DNA of 63,271 nt, the filler included, from Octopus bimaculoides (taxonomy: Eukaryota): the NCBI RefSeq assembly GCF_001194135.2. It is 5 parts of 5 records of this genome, joined end to end, with 100 filler letters (N's around TTAATTAATTAA, not from the genome) between each part and the next. Parts side by side here need not be neighbours in the genome. Positions count along the whole stretch, not along the records: positions 61,419 to 63,271 come from NW_026318270.1; 4 more parts are not named here. One strand, written 5' to 3'. Of the stretch, positions 61,860 through 63,271 are shown in pieces. The stretch's first letter is position 1; the number at the start of each line of letters is the position of its first letter. Both the position numbers and the translations under genes were made by a program. The notes beneath the pieces were generated by a model. It was not told the origin of the DNA. It saw only the letters and a program-made list of their open reading frames with translations, and made no database searches.

Positions 61860-63271
61860 CAATAATAATAATAACAATAATAATAATAATAATAATAACA
61901 ATAATAATATATGCTAAGGTGTGGCTGTGTGGTAGGAAGCTGGCTTCCTACTCACGTAGTTCTGGGTTCAGTCCCACTGCGTGTTAACTTGGGCAGAAGT
62001 CTTCTACTAAAGCCTCGGGCCAACCAAAGCCTTGTGAGTTGATTTGGTAGATGGAGATTGAAAGAAGCCTGTTGCATATATATATGTGTGTGTGCGAGTG
62101 TGTGTATGTGTGTGAGTGTGTGTGATTGTCCCCTGCCATCGCTTGACAACCAATTCTGGTGTGTTTATGTCACCGAATGGCTAGAAAGAGAGTCGTAATA
62201 TGTGTTCTAAAGGATATGAATAGTAAATTTGACATTGTTCAAACATTATCTGCATGTTTATAACTTACATGCATATACATTTCTATATCTTAAATTTACA
62301 ATAAACATACACACACACACATATATATATATGTACGTATANNNNNNNNNNNNNNNNNNNNNNNNNNNNNNNNNNNNNNNNNNNNNNNNNNNNNNNNNNN
62401 NNNNNNNNNNNNNNNNNNNNNNNNNNNNNNNNNNNNNNNNNNNNNNNNNNNNNNNNNNNNNNNNNNNNNNNNNNNNNNNNNNNNNNNNNNNNNNNNNNNN
62501 NNNNNNNNNNNNNNNNNNNNNNNNNNNNNNNNNNNNNNNNNNNNNNNNNNNNNNNNNNNNNNNNNNNNNNNNNNNNNNNNNNNNNNNNNNNNNNNNNNNN
62601 NNNNNNNNNNNNNNNNNNNNNNNNNNNNNNNNNNNNNNNNNNNNNNNNNNNNNNNNNNNNNNNNNNNNNNNNNNNNNNNNNNNNNNNNNNNNNNNNNNNN
62701 NNNNNNNNNNNNNNNNNNNNNNNNNNNNNNNNNNNNNNNNNNNNNNNNNNNNNNNNNNNNNNNNNNNNNNNNNNNNNNNNNNNNNNNNNNNNNNNNNNNN
62801 NNNNNNNNNNNNNNNNNNNNNNNNNNNNNNNNNNNNNNNNNNNNNNNNNNNNNNNNNNNNNNNNNNNNNNNNNNNNNNNNNNNNNNNNTATATATATATA
62901 TATATATACATATGTGTATATATTTGTGTTTCTATTTGGCCCCCAGACTATCGCTTGACAAACGATGCTGGTGTGCTTATGTCCCCGTAAATTAGCGTTT
63001 TGGCATAAGCAACCGATAGAAAACAAAGAATAAGTTCTAGGGACGATTAGTTCGAGTGGTGCTCCAACATGGCTTCAGTTAAATGACTGAAACAAGTAAA
63101 AGAGTAAAAGAGTATATATAGAAGGCACTACTCTAGCCTCAGCTGACCAAAGCTATGTGAGTGGATTTGGAAGATGGAAACTGAAAGAAGCGTTCATGTG
63201 CTTGGCGCGCGCGCGCGCGTGTATGTATGTGTGTGTGTTTGTGTGTTTGTGTGCGTATGTGTGTGTGTGTT

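Overview
AT-rich, microsatellite- and SINE-dense eukaryotic DNA from a gapped draft assembly. The repeat families and composition look like an octopus/cephalopod genome (inference from pattern recognition, not a search). Two gene systems are supportable. (1) At 25.7-41.0 kb lies a compact cluster of two-exon, membrane-anchored, NADP(H)-type classical SDR genes resembling RDH11-14: copy A (+, complete, 333 aa, but with G>R in the TGxxxGxG motif), copy B (-, both exons partly in gaps), copy C (+, exon 1 cut by a gap), an orphan exon 1 (copy D, +) and two decayed exon-1 relics. The copies are sequence mosaics, with divergence concentrated in the presumed substrate-binding loops. (2) At 52.1-60.5 kb on the minus strand are the last four coding exons of a single-pass receptor: a TM helix plus a ~450-aa, largely low-complexity cytoplasmic tail, tentatively protogenin/DCC-like. 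The rest is tRNA-derived SINEs, RTE and R4/Dong-type LINE fragments, a pogo-type DNA transposon, a decayed Gypsy integrase, mini- and microsatellites, and many fold-back elements. The most unusual signal is a set of minimal hammerhead-ribozyme folds with palindromic stem III, of the kind known from Penelope-like elements. One has a swapped G3-C8 core pair (24324-24374); another has a canonical core and lies sense within the intron of SDR copy C. There is no CRISPR, rRNA or true tRNA gene. Most entries in the ORF track are artefacts of microsatellites or N-gaps. Boundaries of repeats are approximate; exon boundaries were counted from the sequence.
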